Below the pieces are notes generated by a model. The model saw nothing but the letters and a program-made list of their open reading frames with translations, was not told where the DNA came from and made no database searches. Position numbers and translations under genes: made by a program. Shown one piece after another: positions 20,473 to 30,164 of a stretch of 64,000 nucleotides of DNA (its first letter is position 1; each line of letters begins with the position of its first letter). Origin of the DNA: a bacterium (GTDB taxonomy: Bacteria > Zhuqueibacterota > QNDG01 > DSAB01); NCBI GenBank assembly GCA_011388275.1, contig DSAB01000119.1, positions 110,045-174,044 on the forward strand, in the 5' to 3' direction.

Positions 20473-21711
20473 ATGTCACAAGAGACCCTCGGCCGCATTC
20501 TGGATCGAATTGATGAATACAGGGAACATGTTATTGATATGCAAACACGTCTTACCGCGATTCCAGCCATCGGCCCGGACAACGGAGGAGAAGGTGAAGC
20601 CGAGAAGATGAGATGTGTTCTGGAATTTCTGAATGATCTTGATCCCAATGAGATCGTGGAAATCAATGCGCCGGATAACCGGGTTCCGGCCGGATACAGA
20701 CCCAATCTATTTGTCCGATTCAAAGGCAGCGCTTCAACACGCACCATATGGGTTATGTCTCATATGGATATTGTGCCGCCCGGGGATCTTTCGCTGTGGA
20801 ATTCGGACCCCTATCAAGTGGTCGAAAAAGACGGCAAGCTTTACGGCCGTGGCACCGAAGACGATCAGCAGGGTTTTATATCGCCGTTTCTCGCACTCAA
20901 AGCCATGAAGGAAGAGGGAATCACGCCTGCATTTAATGTAGGCCTCGCGATTGTTTCCGATGAAGAATCGGGATCCAAATTCGGCATCCAGCATGCCCTG
21001 AAAGAACGGCCGGATTTGTTTTCAAAAGAGGATCTGATCTATATACCCGACGCCGGAGATCCCGAGGGAATTACGATGGAAGTCGCAGAAAAATCCATAT
21101 TATGGATCAAGGTTGAAACACTGGGCAAACAAACACACGGTTCAACCCCTGAAAAAGGAATCAACGCCCACAAAGCCGCAGCCCATCTGGTTGTAAAAAT
21201 GAACGACCTCTATCGAGACTTTCCGGATACGGATCCTCTCTACGATCCGCCTGTTTCCACCTTTGAGCCGACACGCAAGATGGAGAACGTGTCCAATATC
21301 AATACCATTCCCGGTTCCGACATTGTCTTTTTTGACTGCCGGGTCCTTCCCCGGTACTCTCTTGAAAACCTGAAACACCAGGCACGCACCTATGCGGATG
21401 AGATTGAGAAAGAGTTCGGTGTTCGCATTTCCCTTGGCTTTCCGCAGGATGAAACCGCTCCTGATCCTACATCGCCCGATGCACCGGCTGTTCAGACGCT
21501 TAAAAAGGCCATCCATGAAATTCATGGTAAAAACGCAAAAGCAGTGGGTATCGGAGGGGGCACCGTAGCCGCCTATTTCCGGCGTGCCGGTCTCCCCGCG
21601 GTTTGCTGGTGTACTCTGGATGATACGCTGCATGGACCCAATGAGTATTCGGTCATCAAAAACGTGCTGAATGACGCCAAAGTGTTTGCCCATATCTTTT
21701 TACAGCGATGA
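20473..21711 (+). CDS. M20 family metallo-hydrolase (DapE/ArgE-like)
   Basis: SHMDIVPPG, LYGRGTEDD, DEESGS, HGPNE metal ligands; GGAGG SD. Confidence 0.9.
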   Translation: MSQETLGRILDRIDEYREHVIDMQTRLTAIPAIGPDNGGEGEAEKMRCVLEFLNDLDPNEIVEINAPDNRVPAGYRPNLFVRFKGSASTRTIWVMSHMDIVPPGDLSLWNSDPYQVVEKDGKLYGRGTEDDQQGFISPFLALKAMKEEGITPAFNVGLAIVSDEESGSKFGIQHALKERPDLFSKEDLIYIPDAGDPEGITMEVAEKSILWIKVETLGKQTHGSTPEKGINAHKAAAHLVVKMNDLYRDFPDTDPLYDPPVSTFEPTRKMENVSNINTIPGSDIVFFDCRVLPRYSLENLKHQARTYADEIEKEFGVRISLGFPQDETAPDPTSPDAPAVQTLKKAIHEIHGKNAKAVGIGGGTVAAYFRRAGLPAVCWCTLDDTLHGPNEYSVIKNVLNDAKVFAHIFLQR

Positions 21712-21788
21712 CGAAAAATTCTTGAAAACTCTTTTTGGAAAAACGGACGGATCTTTACCCGTCCATTTTTATATCAAGGAATCATAAA

Positions 21789-22853
21789 ATGCTGCTTCAT
21801 GACTCATCCGGCAGGAAACCGCTTCACCAGGAAACCCGACCTGCCGAAATCATCCGATTGCGACAAAAGTTATACCAATCAATTCGCACTTTCTTTTTCA
21901 AAAGAGATTATGTGGAAGTGGATCCGCCGATACTCACTCCTTACCCGACCCTTGATGCCAATGTGGAATCTCTTTCTTCCCGAATCCGTATCAATGAATC
22001 GGACTATACTCTATACCTTCATACGAGTCCGGAGCACTCCATGAAGAAATGTCTGGGTGACGGTTTGACCCAAATTTTCTTCCTGGGAAAGGTGTTTAGA
22101 AATGACGAATGCTCCGACCGGCATAATCCCGAATTCACCATGCTCGAATGGTACCGGTCCCCTTCCGATTACCAGGGTATCATGACAGAGACAAGAGAAT
22201 TGATCCTGTGGCTGTGGCAATCGGTTATTGGAAACACGGAACTCGTTATCAACGGTCAGAAGATTTCCTTCAGTGACCCCTGGGATATCCGCTCCGTGGA
22301 TTCCCTTTTTATGGAATATGCGGGTTTTTCGCTGACCGACCACGAAACCGCGGAAGCTCTGCGCAGTGAAGCACTCGCCCGAAATCTGTATACATGCTTG
22401 AATGATAATTGGGAAACCCTTTTTTTCCGCTTTTTTCTGGAGTATATTGAGCCCCGACTGGGAATTCATAAGCCTGTCTTTGTCATCGATTATCCCATCT
22501 CCCTTGGATTGATGGCCAAACAAAGTGCAACGGATCCCTTTTTTGCCGAAAGAGTGGAACTGTATGCAGGCGGAATGGAACTGGCGAACGGATACTCCGA
22601 ATGTCTCGACCCTGAAGAGCAGTACCGGCGTTTTCAGGAAGACCGGCGGCGAAAATTCAAGGAAACGGGCATCGACTATCCAATCGATCTGGAAATGATA
22701 GAAGCCCTGAAAAAGGACATTCCCCCCACCGCCGGCATGGCCCTGGGTGTCGACCGACTGCTGATGCTCATCACAGGCATACCGCGCATCCAGGACCTGC
22801 TTCTCTTTCCCGTGCACCGATGGGTTTCCACGGCTCGGAAAAATGATTTATGA
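21789..22853 (+). CDS. epmA: EF-P lysine aminoacylase EpmA/GenX
   Basis: LysRS-II catalytic domain only: YLHTSPE, FRNDE..RHNPEFTMLEWY, ELANGYSE, GMALGVDRL. Start uncertain (21735 TTG or 21789 ATG). Confidence 0.9.
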   Translation: MLLHDSSGRKPLHQETRPAEIIRLRQKLYQSIRTFFFKRDYVEVDPPILTPYPTLDANVESLSSRIRINESDYTLYLHTSPEHSMKKCLGDGLTQIFFLGKVFRNDECSDRHNPEFTMLEWYRSPSDYQGIMTETRELILWLWQSVIGNTELVINGQKISFSDPWDIRSVDSLFMEYAGFSLTDHETAEALRSEALARNLYTCLNDNWETLFFRFFLEYIEPRLGIHKPVFVIDYPISLGLMAKQSATDPFFAERVELYAGGMELANGYSECLDPEEQYRRFQEDRRRKFKETGIDYPIDLEMIEALKKDIPPTAGMALGVDRLLMLITGIPRIQDLLLFPVHRWVSTARKNDL

Positions 22854-22948
22854 AGTTGAAGATTAAACAACGGGGGTCATTCTGGCAGCCGGCGCGGCTT
22901 TTCTGATCCGTTCAAAAACCCGGCTGCACTCCGCGTCCCCTTCATCTC

Positions 22949-23857
22949 ATGAACGACCGTAGAATCGCATCCAAAATCGACCGGCTTCAAAAAAGTCTTC
23001 CCCTGGTCAGGGCCGCGCTCTCACCCTGTCGTGTCTGTCCACGCCGATGCGGTGCAAGGAGGCTACAGGGCGAAACCGGATTGTGCGGCACGGGTTTCGA
23101 CCTCATGATCGCTTCGGACACTCTGCATCGGGGCGAAGAGCCCCCCATATCAGGCACACGCGGATCGGGAACTCTTTTCTTCAGCGGATGCGGACTGAAA
23201 TGTGTGTTCTGCCAGAATTATCCCATCAGCCAGCTTGTTCACGGACGTATCGTCAGCCCCGAAGACCTTGCCTTTCGAATGCTTGAACTGCAGCGCAGGG
23301 GAGCGCATAATATCAATCTGGTAACACCGTCTCATTTTATACCGCAGATTATGGAATCCCTGTTGACAGCTTATCAAAATGGATTATCCATCCCTCTGGT
23401 ATACAACAGCAGCGGATATGATTCCGTCGAAACACTTCAATGGCTGGATGGCGTTGTGGATATCTATATGCCGGACATGAAAGTAGACGACAGTAAAACG
23501 GCCGGCCAATATTTCTCAGCTGCCGATTATCCCGGAGTCAACCGCCGGGCCGTTGTTGAAATGTTTCATCAGGTCGGTCTTTTACAAACGGATCCTTCGG
23601 GAATCGCACTCCGAGGGCTGCTGATCCGCCATCTGGTGCTTCCCGGGAATAAAAGCGGAAGCCGGGAAATTTTCCGGTTCATCGCGGAATCTGTTTCACC
23701 CCTTGTCCATATCAGCCTGATGAGTCAATATTTCCCGGCCCATCGGGCCCTGAACAGACCCCCGTTAAACCGGCGGATCACCCGGCTTGAATACCGGCAC
23801 GCCAAATCCGCAATGTTTCAAGCAGGCCTGTTTCAGGGATGGTTCCAGGATAATTGA
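22949..23857 (+). CDS. Radical SAM protein, PflX-like
   Basis: CRVCPRRC, GEEPPISG..GSGTLFFSGCGLKCVFCQN, GAHNINLVTP, RHLVLP, SLMSQYFP. Confidence 0.9.
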   Translation: MNDRRIASKIDRLQKSLPLVRAALSPCRVCPRRCGARRLQGETGLCGTGFDLMIASDTLHRGEEPPISGTRGSGTLFFSGCGLKCVFCQNYPISQLVHGRIVSPEDLAFRMLELQRRGAHNINLVTPSHFIPQIMESLLTAYQNGLSIPLVYNSSGYDSVETLQWLDGVVDIYMPDMKVDDSKTAGQYFSAADYPGVNRRAVVEMFHQVGLLQTDPSGIALRGLLIRHLVLPGNKSGSREIFRFIAESVSPLVHISLMSQYFPAHRALNRPPLNRRITRLEYRHAKSAMFQAGLFQGWFQDN

Positions 23858-23871
23858 ACGTCTCCGTTCGC

Positions 23872-23905
23872 AAAAAAGCCGCGGATTTCCAGTAAACCCG
23901 CGGCT
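23872..23905 (-). terminator. Intrinsic terminator between convergent genes
   Basis: AGCCGCGG..CCGCGGCT stem with A6 on the plus side (T-tract on minus). Confidence 0.7.
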
Positions 23906-23932
23906 CATCGATGTCCATGAATCAGGGTCAAA

Positions 23933-24523
23933 CTACCATTCCAGAACCGAAGATTTTTCAATCAGCTCCTGAAAACGGTTCTCGACAATATCCTGCTTAT
24001 TGGCCATTCTCAATCGATTCTTCTCTTTTAATTCCTGAAGACGCTCTTCCAGCCTTCTGATCTCCAGTTCGCGGTTCTTTTGTCTGAGATCGAACAGGAT
24101 ATTCAGTTTCTCCTTCAGCTGATTCTCGATCCGTTTCTGTTCATCCGTGTCCGCGGTTTTCCAGGCTTCGGCAAGATCCCTGCAATCCCGGTCCATTCTC
24201 CGTTCCTGCAGAATCCGTTTATAGGTCTCTGGATCGTTGGCTTTGATGCGTTTGAGATTCCGAAGCTGTCTGGCAAATTGATTCATGATTTGCTGATACA
24301 TCAAAGGATTGGATGTTTTCAGCTGCAGGACTCGATCATACCGTCCTGGATCCGTTTCCTGCAGAAGGCGTAACGCTTCATCCTCTTCCTCCTGTGTCAA
24401 AGAAACGGCCTGTTCCACGACATTTTGCGCGCGGGGATTTCTCTGCCGGGCCAAACCCGGGACGGAAATTCCGAACATGATTAGAAATACCCATACTCCC
24501 CAAATCATACTGTTCCATTTCAT
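23933..24523 (-). CDS. Exported helical/coiled-coil protein (Spy/CpxP-like accessory of the ECF unit)
   Basis: Signal peptide, charged all-helical body, AAGGAGG SD; third gene of the ECF operon. Confidence 0.6.
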   Translation of the reverse strand: MKWNSMIWGVWVFLIMFGISVPGLARQRNPRAQNVVEQAVSLTQEEEDEALRLLQETDPGRYDRVLQLKTSNPLMYQQIMNQFARQLRNLKRIKANDPETYKRILQERRMDRDCRDLAEAWKTADTDEQKRIENQLKEKLNILFDLRQKNRELEIRRLEERLQELKEKNRLRMANKQDIVENRFQELIEKSSVLEW

Positions 24524-24544
24524 AAAACACCTCCTTGCACCGTA

Positions 24545-25105
24545 TTAAATTCCGGCCATGTTCTCGAACAGGTTCTGTATCTGGTTTCTGATACTGTTGA
24601 ATTCACCGGATAATAGTGAAAGATCGTCCAGCCAGAACGATTCATTTTCATCCTGTGTGCTGACCGTTACCCAGCGGTTCGAGAAGAGGTCGTCCATTTC
24701 CGCGGAAAGATTATATGTCTCGATGAACAATTCATCCCGCCATTCCATTAAATCTTCGTTGACAGAGGGATTGTAACCGGCTGGATGCAGGACGAGAAAA
24801 GCAACGATCATCGCCGCAAGAGCGGGCATTCCCCATGCCAGCGTTCTGAACCAGGGAAGCGTCTGGATTCCGAATGTCCGCTGCCCGGTGATGCGGCGAC
24901 CGGCTTCGTGCAGAATATGCCGGCGTATTGTTTCATCCGGAATATCCGCTGTATTCCGAATCGTTTTCTTTGCCATTTTCAGAAAGTTTGCCTCGTCCCG
25001 GCAAAAAGGACAGGCTTTCACGTGTTTCCTGAACTTTTTAGCCTGCCGGGAATTCAACTCACCGGAAAGGAATAAATGGGTTTTCTTTATTTCAGGACAG
25101 GACAT
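24545..25105 (-). CDS. Zinc-finger (HxxxCxxC) membrane anti-sigma factor
   Basis: MSC...FLSGEL....HVKACPFC followed by a TM helix; overlaps the ECF stop. Confidence 0.85.
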   Translation of the reverse strand: MSCPEIKKTHLFLSGELNSRQAKKFRKHVKACPFCRDEANFLKMAKKTIRNTADIPDETIRRHILHEAGRRITGQRTFGIQTLPWFRTLAWGMPALAAMIVAFLVLHPAGYNPSVNEDLMEWRDELFIETYNLSAEMDDLFSNRWVTVSTQDENESFWLDDLSLLSGEFNSIRNQIQNLFENMAGI

Positions 25106-25682
25106 GACTTTTTTCCTCCCAGGACTCATGAGGAATCATCCTTTTTAAACTCTGAACCGCGTAGTGCATGCGACCCAGGACGGTATTGAGCGGGCATTGC
25201 ATGATTTCGGCAATTTCCCGAAACGGAATCTCTCCGTTGAGACGCATCAGCAGAACCTCCCTCTGTTCGCTCGGCAATTGATCGATCGCCCGGTAAAGCC
25301 ATTGAAGCTTTTCCCGCTGAATCATTTGCTCTTCGGGTCCTGACGCATCCCCGGGAAGACAGTCCAAACCCTGCCCGCTTTTTAAATCATCTTTAACATT
25401 ACGCGACGCCTTTCGCGCATGATCGACACAGCCATGATAAGCGATTCCGAAAAGCCAGCTCGAGAAAGTGCCTCGTTCTTCGTAATTCTTTAATCCGCTG
25501 ATCACCTTCATCCATGTTTGCTGAAACAGATCTTCCGCGCTTTCACGCTCGCGTACAAGTCTCAGCAAGAACGCGAATAGCGGACGCTCGTATCTTTGAT
25601 ACAGCTTTCGAAAAGCCTTTGGATCTCCGGCCAGATACGCCCGCACCAGGCGGGCATCGCTTTTGGCATGTCTGCTGTTCAT
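25092..25682 (-). CDS. ECF RNA polymerase sigma factor
   Basis: GDPKAF..LY, AEDLFQQTW, FSSWLF, LPSEQREV..EIAEIM.CPLNTVLGRMH. Start 25682 or 25703. Confidence 0.93.
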   Translation of the reverse strand: MNSRHAKSDARLVRAYLAGDPKAFRKLYQRYERPLFAFLLRLVRERESAEDLFQQTWMKVISGLKNYEERGTFSSWLFGIAYHGCVDHARKASRNVKDDLKSGQGLDCLPGDASGPEEQMIQREKLQWLYRAIDQLPSEQREVLLMRLNGEIPFREIAEIMQCPLNTVLGRMHYAVQSLKRMIPHESWEEKSHVLS

Positions 25683-25874
25683 ACAATGAAGTAAACGACT
25701 CACACCCTTTTTTATTGTTCATGTAAAATAGGTTTTTTCAGTTTCTCTATCAAGTCCATTCATGCTCGCTCGCAAAGTGATGTATTTAAAAAAACAGCAT
25801 CAAGCAATCCATATGACTGATTTTCGCATACGCGTGTGTTTTATTCCCATTCTATGAAATGTGAAAAAATTTCC

Positions 25875-25903
25875 TTGCATATTCACTCGAGTCTTCATAA
25901 ATT
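25875..25903 (+). promoter_or_regulatory. sigma70-type promoter of the lipoprotein/OMP pair
   Basis: TTGCAT-17-TAAATT. Confidence 0.45.
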
Positions 25904-26017
25904 GTTCTTATTCAAACCGATCGCAAGACCGGCTTTCCAGCCGGTTTCAATAGATACAATCAAATCTTCAACGAAGAGAAAGGTTTCATTTCGAACAATA
26001 ATAATGAGGAGGTCATT

Positions 26018-26479
26018 ATGAATCGTTTTAAACCATTGGTTATTCTGGGCATCATTCTATGCCTGGGAATCTGCCTTGTCCACTGTGACAAGAAAACCGG
26101 AACCGGTAACGACAATCAAGACCCTGAAGCCAGTCTCGTCGGCACCTGGGTTCTCACCACCCTGACGATCCCTGATCCAGATACCGGTGACGATATTACG
26201 GTTCCCGCTTCATTCGCCGGTATTTCCATGACCGTTGTTCTCAGCGCCAACGGGAATGTGACCATCACTGTTGACTGGGGGGATGGCGAAGAAACCGAAA
26301 CAGGCACCTGGACGGCGACAGCCACGACCCTGACCATGAACCTGACCGGAGAGACCGTGGTCGTGCCCTATACGCTGACAGGCAACACTCTTACGCTGGC
26401 CATTACGATGGAAATCGATTGGGACGGTGACGGCATTGAAGAAGAGAGCACCATAACCATGACATTCACCAAACAATAA
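26018..26479 (+). CDS. Thr-rich lipoprotein with lipocalin-like beta domain
   Basis: Signal peptide ending in Cys, LVGTW and GTW motifs, alternating beta pattern; GAGGAGG SD. Confidence 0.75.
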   Translation: MNRFKPLVILGIILCLGICLVHCDKKTGTGNDNQDPEASLVGTWVLTTLTIPDPDTGDDITVPASFAGISMTVVLSANGNVTITVDWGDGEETETGTWTATATTLTMNLTGETVVVPYTLTGNTLTLAITMEIDWDGDGIEEESTITMTFTKQ

Positions 26480-26575
26480 GTCTTTTAAAAAGAAGATGTC
26501 CTGCTGCGGCCCGTCCGGATTCACTGAAACCCGGAGGGGCCGCGGTGATTTACAGCCCTTAACGTGGAGGTTTGA

Positions 26576-27271
26576 TTGAAAATCCGAATATCTTATATTG
26601 CATTAATTGGTTTGGCCGCAACCCTTCCGCTCTTTGCCCAGGCCCCCTTTGAAGCGGGCGGCAGCCTGACACTGGCCTTTCCGCAAAACGAGTTCGCCGA
26701 CAACGTGGACAACCTGGGGTTCGGCGCTTCGGGTAACTTTCTGGCCCGGTTTCCCGGTTCACCGCTTGCCATCGGCGGATCCTTCACTTTTCTGATCTAT
26801 GGCAGTGAAACAAGGAAAGAGCCCCTGATTCCCCCTGTTTACGTGGACGTGACCACGACCAATGCGATTATCATGGGTCATGTGCTGCTGCGCATTCAGC
26901 CCTCAGACGGCCCCCTGGTTCCCTACGCGGACGGTCTTCTCGGGTTCAATTTCCTGACCACCGATTCCCGGATTGAAAATGAACAGGGCGAAGAGATCGC
27001 CAGCTCCAACAATTTCCGGGATATTACGTTTGGTTACGGCGCCGGAGCGGGGGTCAAAATCCGCGTTCATCAAAAACCTGACCGGAAATCCTGGGAGACG
27101 GGAATTTCTGCGGTTTACCTGGATCTGGGCGCACGTTATTTAATGGGGGGTGAAGCGGAATATCTCAAAAAGGGTTCAATCGAAATCGACGGCGATGATG
27201 TGCGGTACACCGTCGTCAAATCGACGACCGACATACTCACGATTCATGCGGGCGTCATGATGACCTTCTGA
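26576..27271 (+). CDS. Outer-membrane beta-barrel protein
   Basis: Signal peptide, amphipathic strands (PYADGLLG, FGYGAGAG, LDLGARY), C-terminal Phe. Confidence 0.75.
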   Translation: MKIRISYIALIGLAATLPLFAQAPFEAGGSLTLAFPQNEFADNVDNLGFGASGNFLARFPGSPLAIGGSFTFLIYGSETRKEPLIPPVYVDVTTTNAIIMGHVLLRIQPSDGPLVPYADGLLGFNFLTTDSRIENEQGEEIASSNNFRDITFGYGAGAGVKIRVHQKPDRKSWETGISAVYLDLGARYLMGGEAEYLKKGSIEIDGDDVRYTVVKSTTDILTIHAGVMMTF

Positions 27272-27304
27272 CGTCTCGATCTTCATGACACCGCCGCAGG
27301 TACA

Positions 27305-27340
27305 GGCCGGCCCTCATTAAATTCGAGTCCGGCTTTTTTC
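27305..27340 (+). terminator. Intrinsic terminator
   Basis: GCCGG..CTC/GAG..CCGGC stem followed by TTTTTT. Confidence 0.6.
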
Positions 27341-28093
27341 TTATAAGCCGGTAGGCAGATCGATGAACACGGTTTCCATTCCCCACTTCTTTTCCAGCAA
27401 TCGGCCGACAGCCTTAACGCCCAGGGTTTCCGTGGCGTAATGACCGCCGAAAATGACATGAATACCCGCTTCTCTGGCTGTCCAGTAATGGGAATGTCCC
27501 GGTTCGCCGGTGATAAAAACATCGAATTTCCCGTCCACCGCTTCCTGCAGCATGCCCAGACCTCCTCCGCTTACGATACCCAGCTTGCGTACATTCCGGG
27601 ATCCGAAAGTCCACGCGGTCAGCGGAGTGTCGAGTTTCTCCTTTAATAAACGGATAAGATCTTCCACATCCATTTCTTTGTTCAAAGTAACGGCTTTTCC
27701 AATGACGGACCCGTGATATTCTCCGAAATCCTCCGCCTCCGGCCAGTTCATCAGTTGGGTAATCTGTGCGTTGTTGCCCAGCTCAGGATGAAGATCCAGA
27801 GGCAGATGGGCGGCATACAGACAAATATCGTTTTGGATAAGCGTTTTAACCCGTTCGTACATGAGACCCGTCAGCGGAACGGGTTTTTCCCATAAGAGTC
27901 CGTGATGGACAATAAGCATATCGGCCCTCTCTTCACGGGCCTTTTCAAAGGCGGCCTGAGAAGCGTCCACGGCCAGGGCAATTTTATTGATTTCGCCCGT
28001 GTTGGCCACCTGAAGTCCGTTGACACTGGAATCAGAAATCTCTGCCACACGCAGTTCCTGATCGAGAAATTCAGTCAGCATTTCCAGTTTCAT
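27341..28093 (-). CDS. Nif3-like dinuclear metal center protein (YbgI/DUF34)
   Basis: NGLQV, VHHG, HLPLD.HPELGNN, ITGE, GHYATE. Confidence 0.93.
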   Translation of the reverse strand: MKLEMLTEFLDQELRVAEISDSSVNGLQVANTGEINKIALAVDASQAAFEKAREERADMLIVHHGLLWEKPVPLTGLMYERVKTLIQNDICLYAAHLPLDLHPELGNNAQITQLMNWPEAEDFGEYHGSVIGKAVTLNKEMDVEDLIRLLKEKLDTPLTAWTFGSRNVRKLGIVSGGGLGMLQEAVDGKFDVFITGEPGHSHYWTAREAGIHVIFGGHYATETLGVKAVGRLLEKKWGMETVFIDLPTGL

Positions 28094-28096
28094 GGT

Positions 28097-29182
28097 TTAC
28101 TCCAACCTGTTTAAAATGGTTTCGGCGATTTCCCGGTCTCCATGCACTTCAGCCGGTCTCGATTTGAAGGGACTTTCGGTCAGTTTCCTGATCCTTCGCA
28201 CCCACTCCCCGCTTCGCAGTGAATCCCCTTCGATCTCGTCGACTGTCATATGATTTCGCATCCATCGCATCAGGAGCTCGTTTTCACGGAAATCATCTCT
28301 CTTTACGCACAGAAGAGGCGTTCGATTCACATACGTTTCGGCCATGATTCCGTATCCAGGTTTGGACAATACCGCATCGCTTGCCTGAACCAGATCCGGA
28401 AACCAGGCTGTTTCACGGGAAACCGGAACGATCGAATGTCCGGAGACCTTCCTTAAGGGGCAAATGAAGCGGATCTCTTCATCCTGATCGAAGTGTTTCG
28501 GATCGATCAATTCCATGTCGGTCTCAGGCAGTGCCAGAAGGACGACTTTCACTCCTTCTTCAATGCCGAGAGCGCGCCGTATGTCTTTTCGGTCCTTTGT
28601 CGATTGCCGGGTGATAAGCGGTATATTCACCCGATTCGGAAATGCCGACATGGGCTCATGAGCCGGAAGACGCATCAAAAGATCGGCTTCGCAATAACAG
28701 GACCGAATATGCCGAATAATCTCATGAAATGCCGGCATCTCCTTCGACCACGGTTCATAGATCCAGTCCCAACCGAAATTTCCCCAGGCCAGGGAAGGTA
28801 TTTTCCATTGGCCGGCCAGGTGAAAAGCGAATGGCGGAATATCGCCCAGAATCATTCGAGCCCCCGTTCTCTCCAGAGCCGTCAATTCAGACAGTACCCA
28901 GGCATCCCATTGCTTCAACAGAAGCCGCCACTTCGCCAGAGTGGCTTCCCGGTCGACACACAGACTGGTGCGCTGCACGGTTCCGACATCCACCGATACT
29001 TTTCCAAGATGATACGGTGCTTTTAGATAAAGCCGATAGATCCAGGGCGGAGCGTCCGTCCTGATTTGAAAAAACAGACCGGAATCCATCTCCCACAAAC
29101 GATTCATCACTTCGATGGAACGCACGGAGTGACCCAGACCGTGTCCGGAAACATACACCGCCAGCCGGCGTATCGATGACAT
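28097..29182 (-). CDS. GT-B fold glycosyltransferase-like protein (arabinokinase N-domain-like)
   Basis: YVSGHGLGHSVR, NFGWDWIY, SKPGYG..AE, FRENE. Confidence 0.7.
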   Translation of the reverse strand: MSSIRRLAVYVSGHGLGHSVRSIEVMNRLWEMDSGLFFQIRTDAPPWIYRLYLKAPYHLGKVSVDVGTVQRTSLCVDREATLAKWRLLLKQWDAWVLSELTALERTGARMILGDIPPFAFHLAGQWKIPSLAWGNFGWDWIYEPWSKEMPAFHEIIRHIRSCYCEADLLMRLPAHEPMSAFPNRVNIPLITRQSTKDRKDIRRALGIEEGVKVVLLALPETDMELIDPKHFDQDEEIRFICPLRKVSGHSIVPVSRETAWFPDLVQASDAVLSKPGYGIMAETYVNRTPLLCVKRDDFRENELLMRWMRNHMTVDEIEGDSLRSGEWVRRIRKLTESPFKSRPAEVHGDREIAETILNRLE

Positions 29183-29186
29183 TCTT

Positions 29187-30164
29187 CTAAAACCCTTTCA
29201 TGGCTGTACTCAGCCGTTCCATCAGCATTCGCATATCCTCCGGGGGTTCCGATTCAAATCGCATAAACTTTTCCGCAACCGGATGCTTGAAACCCAGAAC
29301 CCGCGCGTGAAGAGCCTGCCGGTTCATGATCTGAAGAAGCTCTTGGGCCAGAGCCATGTTTTTATGATTCAGCCCCCCCAGTCTGGCTCCTCTACCCCCA
29401 TAAACCGGATCACCCAGAACCGGATGACCGAGATAAGCCATATGAACGCGTATTTGATGGGTTCGACCCGTCAGCAGCCGCAGCGTAATCCGTGAAGTCA
29501 AAGGGTATTTCTCTTCCACTCGATAGAGCGTCACCGCCTTTCGTCCCCGGTTTGAAACTTCCACTTTCTTTCTGTCTCTCGAACTTCTTGCCAAATGTGT
29601 TTCGATCTTTCCCTCTTTGCTTTTCAGATGCCCCCATATAAACGCTGTATACAACCGTTCGGTTGTCTTTTCTGAAAACTGCAATGACAGCCGATGATGA
29701 ATAGAATCATTTTTTGCAACGACGAGCAGACCTGATGTATCTTTATCCAGACGGTGTACGATACCGGGCCGTTCCGGTGTATTGACGGCTGACAGTGTTT
29801 TGGTATGATGAAGCAGCGCGTGAACCAGTGTTCCGGAACGATGCCCATAAGCCGGATGAACCACCATGCCGGCCGGTTTGTCGATAACCAGCAGATATTC
29901 ATCTTCATGAACAATGGTCAAAGGGATCGCTTCGGGTTCAAGTTTATGAGGAGGTGACATCGGAAGGGTGATACAGATCTCTGTACCGGGTTCCACCGGG
30001 TGACCGGCCTTGACGGGATCACCGTTGATCAAAACCATGCCCTCATGAATCAACTTTTGAATACGGCTTCGGGAAATATCCCTGATCTCCCTGGTCAGAA
30101 AGATATCCAGTCTTTCCTTCCTTTTACCGCCGGGAACAGTGATCTTTATAATCTGCTTTTCCAT
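29187..30164 (-). CDS. rluD: RluA/RluD family pseudouridine synthase
   Basis: S4 domain, KPAGMVVHP, HRLDKDTSG, TGRTHQIRVH. Confidence 0.93.
   Translation of the reverse strand: MEKQIIKITVPGGKRKERLDIFLTREIRDISRSRIQKLIHEGMVLINGDPVKAGHPVEPGTEICITLPMSPPHKLEPEAIPLTIVHEDEYLLVIDKPAGMVVHPAYGHRSGTLVHALLHHTKTLSAVNTPERPGIVHRLDKDTSGLLVVAKNDSIHHRLSLQFSEKTTERLYTAFIWGHLKSKEGKIETHLARSSRDRKKVEVSNRGRKAVTLYRVEEKYPLTSRITLRLLTGRTHQIRVHMAYLGHPVLGDPVYGGRGARLGGLNHKNMALAQELLQIMNRQALHARVLGFKHPVAEKFMRFESEPPEDMRMLMERLSTAMKGF

Noticed and set aside
22011-22817. 268 aa minus-strand ORF (likewise 9505-10167, 46362-47012, 58396-59043, 61485-62261)
   Set aside because: Antisense shadow ORFs of well-supported genes.
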